DNA of 6,247 nucleotides from a virus (Duplodnaviria; Heunggongvirae; Uroviricota; Caudoviricetes): IMG/VR virus record IMGVR_UViG_2695420523_000001, positions 1 to 6,247 of that record; one strand, 5' to 3'. Shown piece by piece: positions 5,485 to 6,247 of this stretch (position 1 is its first letter; each line of letters starts with the position of its first letter). The notes under the pieces were generated by a model. It saw only the letters and a program-made list of their open reading frames with translations, ran no database searches and was not told where the DNA came from. The position numbers and the translations under genes were made by a program.

Positions 5485-6247
5485 ATGGCATTTAAACACT
5501 ATGATGTTGTCAGGGCGGCGTCGCCGTCAGACCTTGCGGAAAAGCTGACACACAAACTGAAAGAGGGCTGGCAGCCGTTTGGTAGTCCGGTGGCTATAAC
5601 CCCTTATACCCTGATGCAGGCGATTGCAGCAGAAGGTGATGTGGTGGTCAGTGGTGCAACTGAGCCGGATTGGTACTACGTCATCGTACTGGCCGGGCAG
5701 TCCAATGCAATGGCTTACGGTGAAGGGCTTCCGCTTCCGGATTCATACGATGCTCCGGATCCGCGCATTAAACAGCTGGCGCGCCGCAGTACAGTGACGC
5801 CGGGTGGGGCTGCCTGCAGATATAACGATATTATTCCGGCCGACCACTGCCTGCATGATGTGCAGGATATGAGTACGCTGAATCATCCGAAGGCAGACCT
5901 GAGCAAAGGGCAGTACGGCTGTGTCGGCCAGGGCTTACATATTGCCAAAAAACTGCTTCCGTATATCCCGAATAACGTGGGGATCCTGCTGGTACCATGC
6001 TGTCGTGGTGGTTCGGCATTCACCCAAGGCGCGGAGGGGACATTCAGTGCGGACGCGGGGGCCAGCCAGGATTCGGCGCGCTGGGGTGTGGGTAAACCGT
6101 TATATCAGGACCTGATTGCGCGCACTAAAGCTGCATTACAGAAGAACCCGAAAAATGTGTTGCTGGCGGTGTGCTGGATGCAGGGAGAGTTTGACATGAG
6201 CGCCGCCACCCACGCACAGCAACCTGCGCTGTTTACAGCCATGCTGA
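5485..6247 (+). CDS. 5' part of a prophage NanS-p-like sialate O-acetylesterase (DUF1737 N-domain plus SGNH/SASA esterase domain); continues beyond the window
   Basis: ATG at 5485 with RBS GGGAGG (5475-5480). Open frame to the window end: MAFKHYDVVRAASPSDLAEKLTHKLKEGWQPFGSPVAITPY... followed by YYVIVLAGQSNAMAYGEG, the GQSN active-site block of sialate O-acetylesterases. This architecture and position after Q match the NanS-p/YjhS-like genes of EHEC lambdoid prophages as I recall them. Confidence 0.78.
   Translation, partial: MAFKHYDVVRAASPSDLAEKLTHKLKEGWQPFGSPVAITPYTLMQAIAAEGDVVVSGATEPDWYYVIVLAGQSNAMAYGEGLPLPDSYDAPDPRIKQLARRSTVTPGGAACRYNDIIPADHCLHDVQDMSTLNHPKADLSKGQYGCVGQGLHIAKKLLPYIPNNVGILLVPCCRGGSAFTQGAEGTFSADAGASQDSARWGVGKPLYQDLIARTKAALQKNPKNVLLAVCWMQGEFDMSAATHAQQPALFTAML

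Noticed and set aside
5831..6115. Minus-strand ORF 5831-6019 and + strand ORF 5921-6115 inside the esterase gene
   Set aside because: Nested in or antisense to the esterase reading frame, which carries recognisable catalytic motifs.
1..6247. CRISPR arrays, IS elements, integrase or attachment sites
   Set aside because: No regularly spaced repeats, terminal inverted repeats or transposase/integrase-like ORFs seen; the window is internal to the phage early-right operon.

Overview
This window is the early-right to late-regulatory region of a lambda-like (lambdoid) phage or prophage from an enterobacterium, all on the + strand. Gene order: O (3' end), P, ren, tR2, ninB, ninE, a 275-bp structured non-coding leader, an ORF6N-domain gene, a terminator, a Rha/KilAC (Roi-like) gene, ninG, ninH, a non-lambda-type Q antiterminator, a 766-bp non-coding terminator-rich region, and the 5' part of a NanS-p-like esterase gene. 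O, P, ren, ninB, ninG and ninH look nearly identical to phage lambda as I recall it, while ninC, ninD and ninF are absent. I did not find a complete, obviously novel multi-gene system such as a defence island. The best candidates for undescribed biology are (i) the leader at 1746-2020, with a promoter, a terminator-like hairpin and two pairs of exact 10-nt direct repeats, together with the ORF6N gene it precedes, and (ii) the non-coding slot between Q and the esterase gene, which holds four terminator hairpins and a possible short structured transcript. All homology calls are from memory of protein families and gene order; no database search was possible.
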